Assembly: GCF_006345805.1 (NCBI RefSeq)
Contig: NC_043013.1
Coordinates: forward strand, 28,644,001 to 28,708,000
Direction: 5' to 3'
DNA from: Octopus sinensis
Lineage: Eukaryota
Length of the DNA: 64,000 bases
Under the pieces are notes generated by a model that made no database searches, had not been told where the DNA came from, and saw only the letters and a list, made by a program, of their open reading frames with translations. Within the stretch, counting starts at the first letter, position 1, and each line of letters begins with the position of its first letter. This document shows, one piece after another, positions 13,079 through 25,929 of the stretch. Both the position numbers and the translations under genes were made by a program.

Positions 13079-13302
13079 AACAAACACACACACACACACA
13101 CATACACACACATATATACATACATGTGTGTATATATATATATACATACAGAAACATACATATATGTATATATACATACACATATATATATATGTATGTA
13201 TGTAGATATATATACATACATATATGTATATATATATACATATATTATATACACACACACACATATATATATATATATACATACATATATGTATATATAT
13301 AT

Positions 13303-13343
<41 letters not shown>

Positions 13344-13375
13344 TTTATATACACACACACACATATATGTATATG
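12980..13375. repeat. (CA)n/(TA)n compound microsatellite
   Basis: Directly visible. Similar tracts at 21880-22295, 22840-23145, 34370-34590, 50200-50625, 54420-54655. Confidence 0.95.
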
Positions 13376-13829
13376 TAAATAAAATGTAATAGTTAGATAC
13401 ATGGAAAAGGGGGGTGCAGAGGGGGATTGGAAGTAGAGACAAAAAGAAAAGAAGAAAGCAGGAATGAATGAGATTAAGAAAAAAAAAAACAATAAAAGAA
13501 ATAAGAGTGAAAAAAAAAATCCCACTCGTAGGAAAAGAAGGCAGGCAGACAGGCATGCAGAAAGTGAAACGATGGTTGAATGCCTGCAAACTACAATTAC
13601 TGACTAGAAATATCTGTTTATTTCTCTTATGTCTGTAATAATTGATTTTATCATGCAAGAAAGGACCATTACGCTTTCTGGGGCAACAATACAAACACAA
13701 ACAACAGCAACAAACAACAACATCAACACGAACAACACATGTCCTGAAACTTCTCTGCAAACTATCACAACAGTTTCGTTTCTTTTCCGTTTTTTTTTTT
13801 GTTTTTTTTTGTGGTAGTTTCTTAGTTTG

Positions 13830-13871
13830 CATGCAGTGGTTCTTGTTGTTGTTGTTGTTGCTGTTGTTGTT

Positions 13872-13918
<47 letters not shown>

Positions 13919-14400
13919 GTGGTGGTGGTGGTGGTGGTGGTGGTGGTGGTTGGTGTTGTTATTGTTTAGCCCTTGGGTCTGCCCCTGATCAATGGCTTTC
14001 CATCTATGACCACCATGCTGTCATTTTTTTAAGAAATGTCTAACATAGAGAATTATGTAATTTGAAGATGGTTTGGTTGCTATTTCTAGCAAGCAACTAC
14101 TTAGAAGTGTCTCTCTTTTTGATTCCTTGTTGTTGTTGTTGTTGTTGTTTGGTGGTGGTGGTGGTGGTTGGTGTTGTTCAGTCGTGGGTCTGCTCCTGAT
14201 CAATGGCATTCCAGCTATGACCACCATGCTGTTAGTTCTAGAGAAATGTAGGACCTCGTATGTTAATGTGTTTCTATTCTTCTTGTCTAACATAGAATTA
14301 TGTGATTTGAAGATGTTTTAGTTGCTATTTCTAGCAGATCAAGCAAGCACTTAGAAGTGACTCTCTTTTTGATCCCTTGATGTTGTTGTTTAACCCCAAG
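13830..14400. repeat. Local tandem duplication of about 250-270 bp flanked by (GTT)n/(GGT)n
   Basis: CTGATCAATGGC...GACCACCATGCTGT...TGTCTAACATAG...TTGCTATTTCTAGCA...TTAGAAGTG.CTCTCTTTTTGAT occurs twice (about 13975-14130 and 14185-14385). Confidence 0.85.
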
Positions 14401-14539
14401 TTAGTCCCAATTGAATAGACCTGTGGTCAGAGATGTCTGCCCATAACCATCCCACCTTTCATTTTTTTATATTTTACTGGTTTCAGCCAGAGGCTGAGGC
14501 CATGCTGGAGCGTCACCTCTATATCTGTTTGGGTTCCTT

Positions 14540-15010
14540 TTCTGTACTGTTTTTGGTGAAGCAATGAGTTGGATGGAGCTGCTTTTCTTTGTGCTTTCTG
14601 CCTTGATGTAGGTTCATCTGGTATTTCATAAAAATTTGCCAAGACACTCTTTGAAGACCTCCACATCTACACCTCACAAATCTCTGACATTGTTTGGCAA
14701 AATGTTGAATAGTTGTGGACCCCTGAAACCCTAGCTGTTACAATACTGGGTCCTTATTTGAGACAAAGAAGATGGAATCTTTGGTACTATGCAGTTTGGT
14801 GGTTGGTATAGCTCTCAGTTCCAAAGTTGGGAGCTAGACCTTCTAGAATCTTCACTATGTATAGCACTGCTTATCTTTCATGTTTGTCTCTCAGAAGTAG
14901 AGCTCCAGTTCCTTTAGCCTCCCCCAGCTGATCATCTGCTTCACGAAATCAATCTGTGTGTAGTAGCGCTAGATTACCTCAAGTTCCATCACCAGTTTGA
15001 TGCTTTGTCT
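14540..15010 (-). mobile_element. CR1/L2-type LINE 3' fragment
   Basis: Frame-broken RLKELELY...KILEGLAPNFGTESY...IPDEPTSRQKAQRKAAPSNSLLHQ; same family as 55100-55975 and 20725-21010. Confidence 0.75.
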
Positions 15011-15216
15011 TTTCTACTCTAGGCACAAGGCCTGATATTTTGGGGAGGTGGCCAGTCGATCAGACTGACCCCAGTACGCAACTGGTACTTAATTTATCGA
15101 CCCCGAAAAGATGAAAGGCAAAGTCGACCTCGGCGGAATTTGAACTCAGAACGTGAAGACAGAAGAAATATCGCTAAGCATTTCACCCAGCATGCTAACG
15201 TTTCTGCCAGTTCACC
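15011..15216 (-). mobile_element. SINE family A (short-tail variant)
   Basis: Same head and body as 128-356, tail GGGCCTTGTGCCTAGAGTAGAAA-like. More copies at 24431-24650(+), 24705-24840(+), 31370-31580(-), 31885-32095(-), 35450-35670(-), 57150-57355(-). Confidence 0.85.
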
Positions 15217-15664
15217 ATCTCGATGCTTTGTGGTGACAAAATGAAAGACTTCAACCAGTTAAGCTTATCTTTGTACTTAGTAGACAAAAGCTTTCTTTAG
15301 GAGTGTTTAGCTCCTTGATTGTGTAATTAAATTTCACTGCCATTCCTGTAATGATGTTAATTATCCAACACAAAAATAGATTTGGTATTTTCTGCTCCTG
15401 CAATATTTTTTCAGTATCTCTTGTACATAGGGTTTTCATGTCCACCACTAAGAGTATTTGATTTATGTTCTGTATACAACTTGAGATGTTTGCCTTACCT
15501 TAATGTTCGTTGTCCTCTTTAACAATTATATATCTGCTGCATCGGAAATCTGCAATGGCTCCATAACTGCCATCTTGGCTATAACCTTGGAGCCCTAGTA
15601 ATCCATTACAGCACTTACCTAGCATACCTAATCATTTAAATCACCTGTGAACTTAACCCCAGGA

Positions 15665-16083
15665 TAGACTCAAAAGAGATCTAAGGAAGAATGTAACAAT
15701 CAAGAAGGTGAATGACAATGACCTTTTTGTGTGCACAGTCTGTGACAAACCATGCCTGCCTTTTGCTGGCCTCAAATCTCATATATGCGAACACATGGAA
15801 AATGAACCTCCATTAACTATTCTGCCTATATGTCTGTGCACACCTTTGAATGCAGTGTATACCAGAAGGTTTGCAAATCCAACGGAGGCCTGAAAAGACA
15901 TGTTAAGATCCACAAAGAGCAGAACTTATCTGCAGGTCTTGGTGGTCCAAATCAGAGGTGCAATCTATGTGGGTGTCTTTTCAGAACATTGATTTAAAAA
16001 GCCACATCAGATGCCATAATGGTGCTAAGGTGTAGGTACAGGACGTGGTCAAACTCTGTATAAGGAGTAGACAACCACTATAT
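15665..16083 (+). mobile_element. LINE 3' end with three degenerate C2H2 zinc-finger motifs
   Basis: CTVCDKPCLPFAGLKSHICEH; FECSVYQKVCKSNGGLKRHVKIH; RCNLCGCLFRTLI-LKSHIRCH, in shifting frames. No TGEKP linkers. C-terminal fingers are known in RTE-related LINE ORF2. Confidence 0.6.
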
Positions 16084-16174
16084 GGTTCAAATAGACAGAA
16101 AACAACAGACAAAGACAGGTGAGGGAACAACAAGCAGGTGTATTAGTTTGATGCTTTGGAAGAATGGAAATGTA

Positions 16175-16209
16175 TTTGACATTTCGAGCCTATGCTCTAG
16201 GACAGAAAG
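16175..16209 (-). ncRNA. Degenerate minimal hammerhead-like motif
   Basis: CTTT-CTGTCCTA-GAGC atag GCTC-GAAA-TGTC-AAA. Stem II, GAAA and GUC are present but the CUGANGA core is damaged. Related sequence at 5495-5620 (+). Confidence 0.35.
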
Positions 16210-16593
16210 AATTGAGAGGGAAAAAATGGTGAGAAAACAAAAAAGAGAGAAAGAAAAAAATGATGTATACATGCATACTGCCAACTACCTAGAATTCACA
16301 AGAGTAAAAAAGAGAGACAGAGACAGACAGAAAAAAGGAAAATGTCCCTTGCATTTGAAAAATTCGGAAATATTTAAAAACAAAACATTTCACTTAATTT
16401 TTCCACAGTTTAATTGGTTTTCATGCTTTACACTAAGTTGAAAAAGTCACAAAAACTGAAACTGGTACTAAAATGTTCTTCATGATAAAATTATTTTAGC
16501 ATTTTCTACCTTGTCTTATTTTCCTTATACATACACATACATATATATGCATACATACATACATATATATGCATACATACATGCATACATACA

Positions 16594-16629
<36 letters not shown>

Positions 16630-18043
16630 TATATATCTAGAGAGAGATGTATATGTGTGTATGTTACTACATAGATACAAATATATACAATATATGCTTT
16701 GCATATTTTCTTTAGTTCTTTAGTTCATTTTAACCATTTACACCTAAGACCATGCTGGAGTACAATTTTGGTTTATACGACGATGATGAAGATCATATAC
16801 ATCATACAAGTGTATATGCCTACATACGCACATATATGTGTGCACAAATACTTACAAACATACTTACATACATACATACATACCTACATGCATACATCCA
16901 TACACACATATATATACATATGTAAATACTCATATACACACACACACTTCAGCTTTGTTTGTATTTATGTTGCTGTCCTTATCTTTTATTGCAAAGTATG
17001 TTTTTATGTTTCATCCCTCCATTTTACAGACTGACTTGAAAAGATTATGACTGTTATTGTTCTTCGACTCACTTTCTTCTTATGGTTCTGTTTTGTCTTG
17101 TAGGTTCTTGTTCTTTTGTTGTATTTTTTCACTGTTGTTTTGAATGTTTTTGTTTAGTTGTTTTCTTTTCTCTTCTTTTTTTTCCCTTTCCTTGTTTGTA
17201 TCATTCAGCTTTGATAATAATCGTCTAGGTTGTTTGACATTTTTGTTCTCATTTTTCACCTTTGATCGTATACTGTCTCTGTTTCTGATGGAAGGCCCAT
17301 CACTTGTTTTCGAACTTTCAAGTTAATCGTATCATCATCACCACCACCACCACCACCACCACCACCACCATCACCACCACAATCACCATAACCATCATCA
17401 TCATCAACATCATTATCATTGCTATCACCTCATGAACCACCACCACCACCACCACTAATAACATCATCATGACCATCACAATCACCATAACCACCACCAC
17501 CACCACCACCACCACCATCATCATCGTTTTGCTGTCCAGACTTCTATGCTTGCATGGGTCAGATGCAATTGTTGAAATGGATTTTCTACAGCTGGGTGCC
17601 TTTGCTATCGCTGACCCTCAATCTGTTTCCAAGTTAGGCAATAATTTCCCATGACCAGATGTGTTTTCAGCAATGATTAAAAAACAAAGGACACTACTCA
17701 CATGAAGGTGGCACTCATTTACAACTATCACATGATGTCAAAGCAAGGAAACAGTAACACATGCACACACACACATATACACATACATCATTTAACATAC
17801 ACAATTACAAAATAGCAACTTATAGTTTCATATTACTCTCTCTGATTCACACACTTATTGCAGTGGTCCTTCAGTTTTTCTAAGCCCTGTAAAAGAACTT
17901 GAAATGTTGGGCCTCCAACCAGGCCTTTCACGGTACCCTTAAAGCCAAGAACTTTTGAGCACCCCCTCATATATATATAGAGTTTACATTTCCACTATAG
18001 TTAGGATCAGCAAAACATACTCCATCCAGTGAGAGATAAATAT

Positions 18044-18250
18044 CATTTAATATACACAATTACAAAAAAGCTGCCAATAGTTTCATACTTTAAGGTACAT
18101 TAAATTGCCAGATTCATATAATATGCTATATATCTCCAAACAATCTTTCAGGCTCAGCTCATGGCATATTATATGAACCTGCCAATTTAATGTACCTTAA
18201 AGCATGAAACTATTGGTAGCTTTTTTTGTAATTGTGTATATTAAATGATG
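18044..18250. repeat. Inverted repeat, about 85-bp arms, 40-bp spacer
   Basis: 18044-18127 vs 18167-18250 nearly identical in reverse complement; a third diverged copy at about 17797-17835. Confidence 0.85.
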
Positions 18251-18645
18251 TGTGTTATGGTTTCCTTGCTTTGACAGCATGTAATAGTTATAAATGAATG
18301 TCACCTTCATGTGAGTGGTGTCCTTTGTTTTTTAATCTTTGCTGGAAACATATCTGGTAATGGGAAATTATTGCCTTACTTGGAAACAGATGAGGGTCAG
18401 CGATAGGAAAGGCACCCAGCTGTAGAAAATCCATTTCAACAATTACATCTGACCCATGCAAGCATAGAAGTCTTGATGGCAAAACAGTGATGATAATGAT
18501 GATGGAGGTGGTGGTGGTGGTGGTGGTGGTGGTGGTGGTGGTGGTTTGTGTAGCGATAGCAATGATAAATAAAATCATAATTAACTGATCCTCCTGTATT
18601 TTCTTTTACTTAAAGCCAGGAACTTTTCAACACCCACCTCGTATA

Positions 18646-18708
<63 letters not shown>

Positions 18709-19250
18709 CTGGGTTCTTTCACTTTCCATGTACCAAATTCACTCACAAGGCTTTGGTCAGCCTTGGCTTTAAGCTTTAGAAGAGAACAAGTTGTCACACA
18801 GTGGGATTGAACCCAAAATCATGTTGTTAGGAAGCAAACTTCATAATGCACTTTTCTTCTGCCATTCTTGTTATTCTTTCCTTAAAAGACACACTTTATG
18901 TCAAAAGGTGCAGAAATGTCTCCTATCCATATTTCAAACTCTCAAACCAGATTTTATTAGAAATTTTGTTCACATTATATTGCTTTGTTACTTTCTGTGT
19001 TTTCTTTTTATTTTCTTCTTTTTTTTTTTGTGCAATTAAAGTTTGCCACAAGCAGAAATTCTTTGGAATATACCTTAGCCATGTGATATATTTTATTTTT
19101 TTCACTTAGAAATACAGTTATGGTACTTTGATTTTGGGAAGATCATTTTGAACATTTTAGCACTAAATTCTTACACAAATCGTATCAGAAATCCCTGACA
19201 GTCCATCTGATTCAAGCACTCATGTGGAAATAACAAAAGAAGAAATAAAA

Positions 19251-19652
19251 AAGGTGGTGAGCTGGCAGAATCATTAGCACACTGGACAAAATGCTTAGCA
19301 GTATTTCATCTGCCGCTACGTTCTGAGTTCAAATTCTGCCGAGGTTGACTTTGCCTTTCATCCTTTCGGGGTTGATTAAATAAGTACCAGTTACGCACTG
19401 GGGGTCGATATAATCGACTTAATCTGTTTGTCTATCCTTGTTTGTACCCTCTGTGTAGCCCCTTGTGGGTAGTGAAGAAATAGGTATTTCATCTGTTTTT
19501 ATGTTCTGAGTTCAAATTCCACCAAGGTTGATTTTGCCTTTCATCCTTTCGGGGTTGATAAATTAAGTACCAGTTGCATACTGGAGTTGATCTAATCAAA
19601 TGCCTCCCTCCCCAAAAATTTTGGGCTTTGTGCCTAGAGGAGAAAAAAAAAA
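19251..19652 (+). mobile_element. Dimeric family A SINE (long-tail unit plus headless short-tail unit)
   Basis: Unit 1 ends GAAATA and unit 2 begins GGTATTTC at 19483. Same architecture at 48198-48595 (junction 48429). Confidence 0.8.
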
Positions 19653-19744
19653 CAAATAGAAAAGGCAATTAAAAGATTGAAGAACTGTATGCCCCCCTCC
19701 CCCCAGAACAGATTCCATCTGTGCTGACTTACTAGAAGCATGAA

Positions 19745-20090
19745 ACACATGTCTAGTATGCAGCATGTGACCTGGTGCTCCATCGGTTATGAAGGAGAGT
19801 GTTCCAGTTGATCTGATCGAGAGAACAACCTGCTTGTGAAGTTAATGTGCAAATGGCTGAACACTCCACAGACACATGTACCCTTAATGTAGTTTCCAGA
19901 GAGATTTGGTGTAACACAGTGTGATAAGGCTGGCCCTTTTTGAATTACAAGTACAACTCATTTTTGTTAGCCAAGTGGAGCAATGAAAAATGAAGTGACT
20001 CATTCAAGGACACAATGTGCCACTGGGGATTGAACTCGTTGCCTGACACTTATGAGCTGAATACACTGGCCACTAAGCCTGGTACCTTCT
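19745..20090 (-). mobile_element. tRNA-headed SINE family D
   Basis: Head GGCTTAGTGG...GAGTTCAATCC and central TTGAATGAGTCACTTCATTTT...CTCCACT..GCT...AAAAATGAGT. Related copies at 20320-20420(+), 59060-59385(-), 62950-63180(+). Confidence 0.65.
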
Positions 20091-20724
20091 CTGCAGCATG
20101 TGATATTAAACATACTGTGGACAACAAAATAAGACTGCTATAGCCTGAAGCTGTTTGCTGTTAATAGTAGAAACCTCAGAACTACTATTGGTTTCTCTTT
20201 CTTTTTAATACCAGGAAAAACATCAAAGAATTTTCCTTGACGAAATGAAAAGTAAAACCAAAGAAGCAACAAGAGAAAGTCATTTTAGTTATAGCGCTAA
20301 GAGAAACACAATTGTTAAGGTGCATGGCCCAGTGATTCAGGTGTTGCATCAATGATTCTAAGATTGTGATTTCAATTCCCCAACAGGGTGGGGCATTGTG
20401 TTCTTAAGCAAAACACTTTTTCATAAGGGTAATCGTTATACTTATTATCACTTTAAATAAGTCTGAAAACTATGATAATTCTTGGTCACTTGCACAATTA
20501 TATTTACAATCTCATTATCAAATAGTGCCACTTTCACTTTCCTTTGATGATGGCCATATCATATAAGGATTTTGAGACATCAAATGATGATGTCTATTGT
20601 TCTATAACGAAGCATCAATCAATGATGTCCATCATTTAAGAGTTAAAGTGAAGAAGAGATGCATGCTATCAACCTCACCCTTTCATCTGTGACCATCTTC
20701 AAGAAACTCAAGCTGTTAAGATAT

Positions 20725-21010
20725 TGGGTCCTTATTTTAGATGGAAAAAGATGAGATCTTTGGTACTCTGCAGTGTTATATAGTGGTTGATATAGCTCTC
20801 AATTCTAAAGTTGGTAGCTAGATCTTCCAGTATCTTCCATATGTATATCACTGCATATCTTTCATGGCTTCTCTCTAGGAAGTAGGTCAGGTAAAGATAA
20901 CTAGGGATGGAGATGGCTGCAGGGAACAACAAGATTTCTAACTTGGTTCATCTTGCTCTCTGCACTCCGTAATGCATTGTTCTTCCCCCCTGTTGAAACC
21001 TGGGGTTTTC
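20725..21010 (-). mobile_element. CR1/L2-type LINE fragment
   Basis: ORF 20732..20932: YFLERSHERYAVIYIWKILEDLATNFRIESY, matching 55190..55522. Confidence 0.75.
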
Positions 21011-21903
21011 TTCGGTAGAGTTCATCTATGCATGTGTGAAGTCAAAGATATATACATTGATGCAGACATGGCTGAGAGATCAAGATAAGGTCCCGGATTT
21101 GACCCTATTGTGTGATGTCTTTACTAAGTGTCTTTTACTGGTCTTAGGTCATCCATACTTTCACCTTCATCATCATCATCATTTAACATCTGTCTTCCAT
21201 GCTGGCTTGGGTTGGATGGTTTGGCAAAAGCCAACCATGTAGAAGACTTCCCTAGGCTACTGTGCCTGTTTTGGCATGGTTTTTAACGGCTGGATGCTCT
21301 TCCAAACACCAACCACTCTACAGAGTGGATTGAGTGCTTTTTACATGACACTGGCACAAGCAAGATCAGTTTTCGAATGGTTTTTACAGCTGGATGCCCC
21401 TCCAAATGCCCTTCCATTTCACAGTGTGAACTGGATGTCTTTTATGTGGCACCAGCACTGGCAGAGTCACCAAGTAACTTACAAGACAAGGAATTTTGAG
21501 GGTGGGGAGCATTAGAGGAGGTGACCTTGTGTCAGATGATGAAAGGTTAGAGTGTGACAGAGAGACAGAGAAGCAGAAAGAGGTTTCTTGCTAAAGAGGA
21601 GGCACATGGTTATCCAGCTGAGAGAGGAAGAGAGACAGGAAATTGGGTTGGCAAAAACTGTATGGAAGTCTGTTAGATAGACTGTGCATGTGTAGTTCAA
21701 GGAGGTGGGGTAGTACATGTCAAAGACTGTATCATTCTGATTCAGCCTCAAGATTACATTAATGGTATCAGTGTCTATGGAATACACAACCACCCACCTG
21801 AATAACAATTCACTGTGTAGGTATTTCATTTGATCGAACAACTGGAACACTCGTCCATATACATCTATATATGCAGACACACACATACAAATATATGTAT
21901 TTG

Positions 21904-21941
<38 letters not shown>

Positions 21942-22059
21942 TACATGTAATATTTCTACATGTGAATGTACCAATATTTATACACACACGCATATGTATC
22001 ATATATATATATGTGTATGTGTGTGTATATATGTATATGAGTATATATGTGTGTGTGTA

Positions 22060-22167
<108 letters not shown>

Positions 22168-22172
22168 TACAT

Positions 22173-22232
<60 letters not shown>

Positions 22233-22256
22233 TACATTATATATATATGTATATTA

Positions 22257-22296
<40 letters not shown>

Positions 22297-23112
22297 AGAG
22301 AGAGGGGGGAGGGAGTGGGAGAGACAGTACAGTGCAGTTACTGAAGTTAAATGAACCTTGACAAGAACTTAATGAAGTTTGAAACTGCAACATGTTCGAT
22401 ATAACTTCGTTGTGCTGACAAGATCTTGGTGTATAACCTTCTACCCCATACATGCACCACTACCACCACCACTACTGTGGTTTAATTTCGCAGTAAATCT
22501 ATAATCAATATGTGTTTTAAGCATCTAGTTATACTTTGGTACACCAAAGTTTTTTTTTTTTATGCTGTGTCGCTCTATCAGCAGTCTATGTACAAACATA
22601 CTTACATATACACATATACACATACATTCATTCCCACATGCACACACTTGCATGCAAGCATACATACATACATACATACATACAAACATACATACATATA
22701 CATACATATATATGTGCATGTATGTATACATTCATATGTACATACACAAGTACACACATGCACACATTGCATTCTTGCATACATACACATGTATGTGTGT
22801 GCGTGTGTATGTGTGTAAATATGTTTTCACATACAGGGACACATGGAGGTGTGTGTGTGTGTGTGTGTGTGTGTGAGAGAAAGTGTGTCTAACGAGTGTA
22901 GTTATTTTCAATCGCAGTTTAGCGTTAGTGTCCATCAGGAATTCAGACCCTTAATCTCCAGTGAACTTTCACAGTAGACAGAGAAGTAGAAGCAGATGTA
23001 TGTGTGCATGATGGTGCAATCACACACACACACACACACACACACACAAATACACATGCACACACACACACACATACACACACACACACAAATGCACACA
23101 CACACACACACA

Positions 23113-23145
<33 letters not shown>

Positions 23146-23519
23146 TGTTGATGCCACAAGAATTTAGAAATTTTCAGAATGTGAAATAATTCTTTTCAGA
23201 AACGGTGAATCTCATTCTAATAATAGGAATCATCATCATCATCATCATCGTTATCGTCATCGCCGCCGCCACCACCACCACCACCACCACCACCATTTCT
23301 CACAATCTCTGCTTTCGACACCAACATGAGATTGTTACTTCCATATATTATTATTGGACATACCTCGTGTTAGTTCTATTAGCCTTACTCGCTTCTCTGC
23401 TGGCTTGGGGGGGGGGGCATGCTGGAAGAGGGTATTCATTTTTGAATTTTTCTTCTCCTACATTGATTGCTTTCACTGCAGCTAAGGAACTCGGTCTACC
23501 CTTACAAAAATCTATTTGA

Positions 23520-24247
23520 CCCTTTTGTTACCATATTTCTGTTGAGATGTTTTGTGTTTCTTTCAATTAACTTTAAATATAACAAAGAATTTAGTAAAAT
23601 AACTTAGTTATCATTAAGCTAGTGTTAGGAACATAAATTGTGACTAAGGTTTGGTGGAAGATTTTAATTCAAAACTTATGAAAACAAGACATTTGTACTA
23701 CAGAGCCAGACGCAGTTTCAGCCAGAGGGGTTTCAAAAGGGTTAAGAATTGTTTCTCTATTATATATTTTAACCCTTTTGTTACCATGTTTCTGTTGAGA
23801 TGTTCTGTGTTTCTTTCAATTAATTCTAAATATAACAAAGAATTTAGTAAAATAACTTAGTTATCATTAAGCTGGTGTTAGAAACATAAATTGTGGCTAA
23901 GGTTTGGTGGAAGATTTTAATTCAAAACATTTGAAAACAAAACATTTGTACTACAGAGTCAGAGGTGGTTTCATCTGGGTTGGTATCTAAAAGAGTTAAG
24001 CATTGTTTCTCTATTACATATTTTAACCCTTTTGTTACGATATTTCTGTTGAGATGCTCTGTGTTTCTTTCAATTACCTTAAATATAACAAAGAATTTAG
24101 TAAAATAACTTAGTTATCATTCAGTTAGTGTTAGGAACATAAATTGTGACTAAGGTTTGGTGGAAGATTTTAATTCAAAACTTTTGAAAACAAAACATTT
24201 GTACTACAGAGCCAGAGACAGTTTCAGCTGGGTTGGTATCGAAAGGG
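23520..24247. mobile_element. Three tandem piggyBac-like MITEs
   Basis: Units 23520-23741, 23773-23995 and 24027-24247, each CCCTTTTGTTAC...AAAGGG/AAAGAG bounded by TTAA (first left site reads TTGA). Period 253-254 bp. Confidence 0.85.
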
Positions 24248-25664
24248 TTAACCCATAAATGGGATCCTGACAGGCACTACTATCCTGGCTGAGAATGAAC
24301 CTGGGAGTAATGATAATGAAGGGGTAACCCCATGCTCTTCATAACTCCAGAACTCCTAAACTGGAACCTCGCCATTGCAGTTTCATGTCACACCGAAGAC
24401 ATATAGAAGTAATAATAATATATTACTACTAAAAGGCGGCGAGCTGGCAGAAATGTTAGCATGCTGGACGAAATGCTTTGTGGTATTTCGTCTGTCTTTA
24501 TGCTGTGAGTTCAAATTCTGCCAAGGTCGACTTTGACTTTCATCCTTTTGGGGTCGATAAATTAAGTATCAGTTGTGTATTGGGGTTGATCTAATCGACT
24601 AGCCACCCTCCCTCAAAATTTCGGGACTTGTGCCTAGATTAGAAAAGAATATATTACCACTATGATATATTACTGCTGTAAATATAATAACAATATTTAA
24701 AAAATCATAAGGTAGCAAGCTGGCAGAATTGTTAGTTTGCCGGGTAAAATGCCGAGCAGCATTGCATCCATCTTTACACTCTGAGTTCAAATTCCATCGA
24801 GGTCAACTTTTCTTTTCTTCCTTTCAGGGTTGATAAAATGGGGCTAATGCAGAACCACACCTCTCATTGAAAAATACATATTTTTGAAAATTTTTTTTTT
24901 GGATTTCTATGTTTTAGATGTCAGAAATTACAAATATGCAAAAAAATTTTTTTTTTAAATTTCACCTCTCCCCCTCTCCTCTTCCCCCTCGTCTCTCTCT
25001 CCCGCCCAAATTAAAAATTTTAATTTTGTTTACTTTAAAGAGATTGTAGCAAATTGACGAACATATGCAAATTGAAATTAAATATAGATAAAAACATTAA
25101 ATTGAAAAGAATTTGCATTTTACTTGTGTTTGCCTTAAATAATTGCAAATAATAATTGAATGTAAATTAAATATACACCATTCTATGAGAAACAATCATT
25201 AATGTTTAATAATTAATGTTATAAAGTTTAATAAGCGGCTCAAATTTCACCCACTCTCCCAATTTTAAATTTTGAACTTTTTCATCCATATATTTATTTA
25301 TCTGTCTATCTATTTATCCCTGTCCATTTATTCATAAAATATATTTGTCAACTAAATGTGGCGGTTCTATAGAAGACGGTATTACTGTTGTTTTTAGCCC
25401 CAAGAAGACATTCATATCTGTCTGTCTGCCTGTCTGTCTTTCTTTCTTTCTTTCTTTCTATCTCTTTATACACATATCTAAATGCTTATTAAATTTAAAA
25501 TTTTGAAAATGTGGTTTTTTGCATATTCAGAATCTCCGTCATCTAAAACATAGGGGAAAAAAATTTCAGAAAAAGTTTAAAATTTTAAGTTTACCCTGTA
25601 TTATAAAAGTGGTAGTAATAATGTGTAAATAAATTAAAATTACTTGGAAAAGATAAATCTGAAG

Positions 25665-25735
25665 TCTCCTCATGGGATTTGAACCCACATCTCCTGTAGA
25701 CATGACAGGTGTTCTACTATTGGACCAAAGTAATT
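25665..25735 (-). pseudogene. tRNA-like sequence (non-canonical anticodon loop)
   Basis: GGTCCAATAGTAGAACA-CCTGT CATGTCT ACAGG-AGAT-GTGGGTTCAAATCCCAT. T-arm and anticodon stem present; loop lacks U33. Confidence 0.45.
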
Positions 25736-25929
25736 CTTTGAATTTCATTATCCATTTAAAAAATTTTATTCTTATCCATAAGAATTGTGTTTTTGGTGTC
25801 AATCATAGGAATTTACAAACTTTGAGAACATGAAACAATACTTCAAGGAATGGTGAATCTTGAAGCAAATAAAGCTATAAATAAATGGCATGTAAATAGA
25901 TATCAAATCAAAGCCTTTGGATAAATGTG

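Noticed and set aside
11671-13525. Long ORFs (176-218 aa), and similar ones at 21830-22354, 39462-39983 and 40401-41439
   Set aside because: Translations of microsatellites (YI, HT, CV, LSI repeats); open only because these repeats lack stops.
15708-15893. Host C2H2 zinc-finger gene
   Set aside because: Frameshifts, no TGEKP linkers, and a context that fits a LINE 3' end.
17280-17325. CTGATGG...TCGAAC hammerhead-like motif
   Set aside because: Both core halves are damaged and no stem II pairing is seen.
23520-24247. CRISPR-like array (also considered for 7655-7985)
   Set aside because: Eukaryotic context, no unique spacers, no cas genes; units are MITEs or diverged tandem copies.
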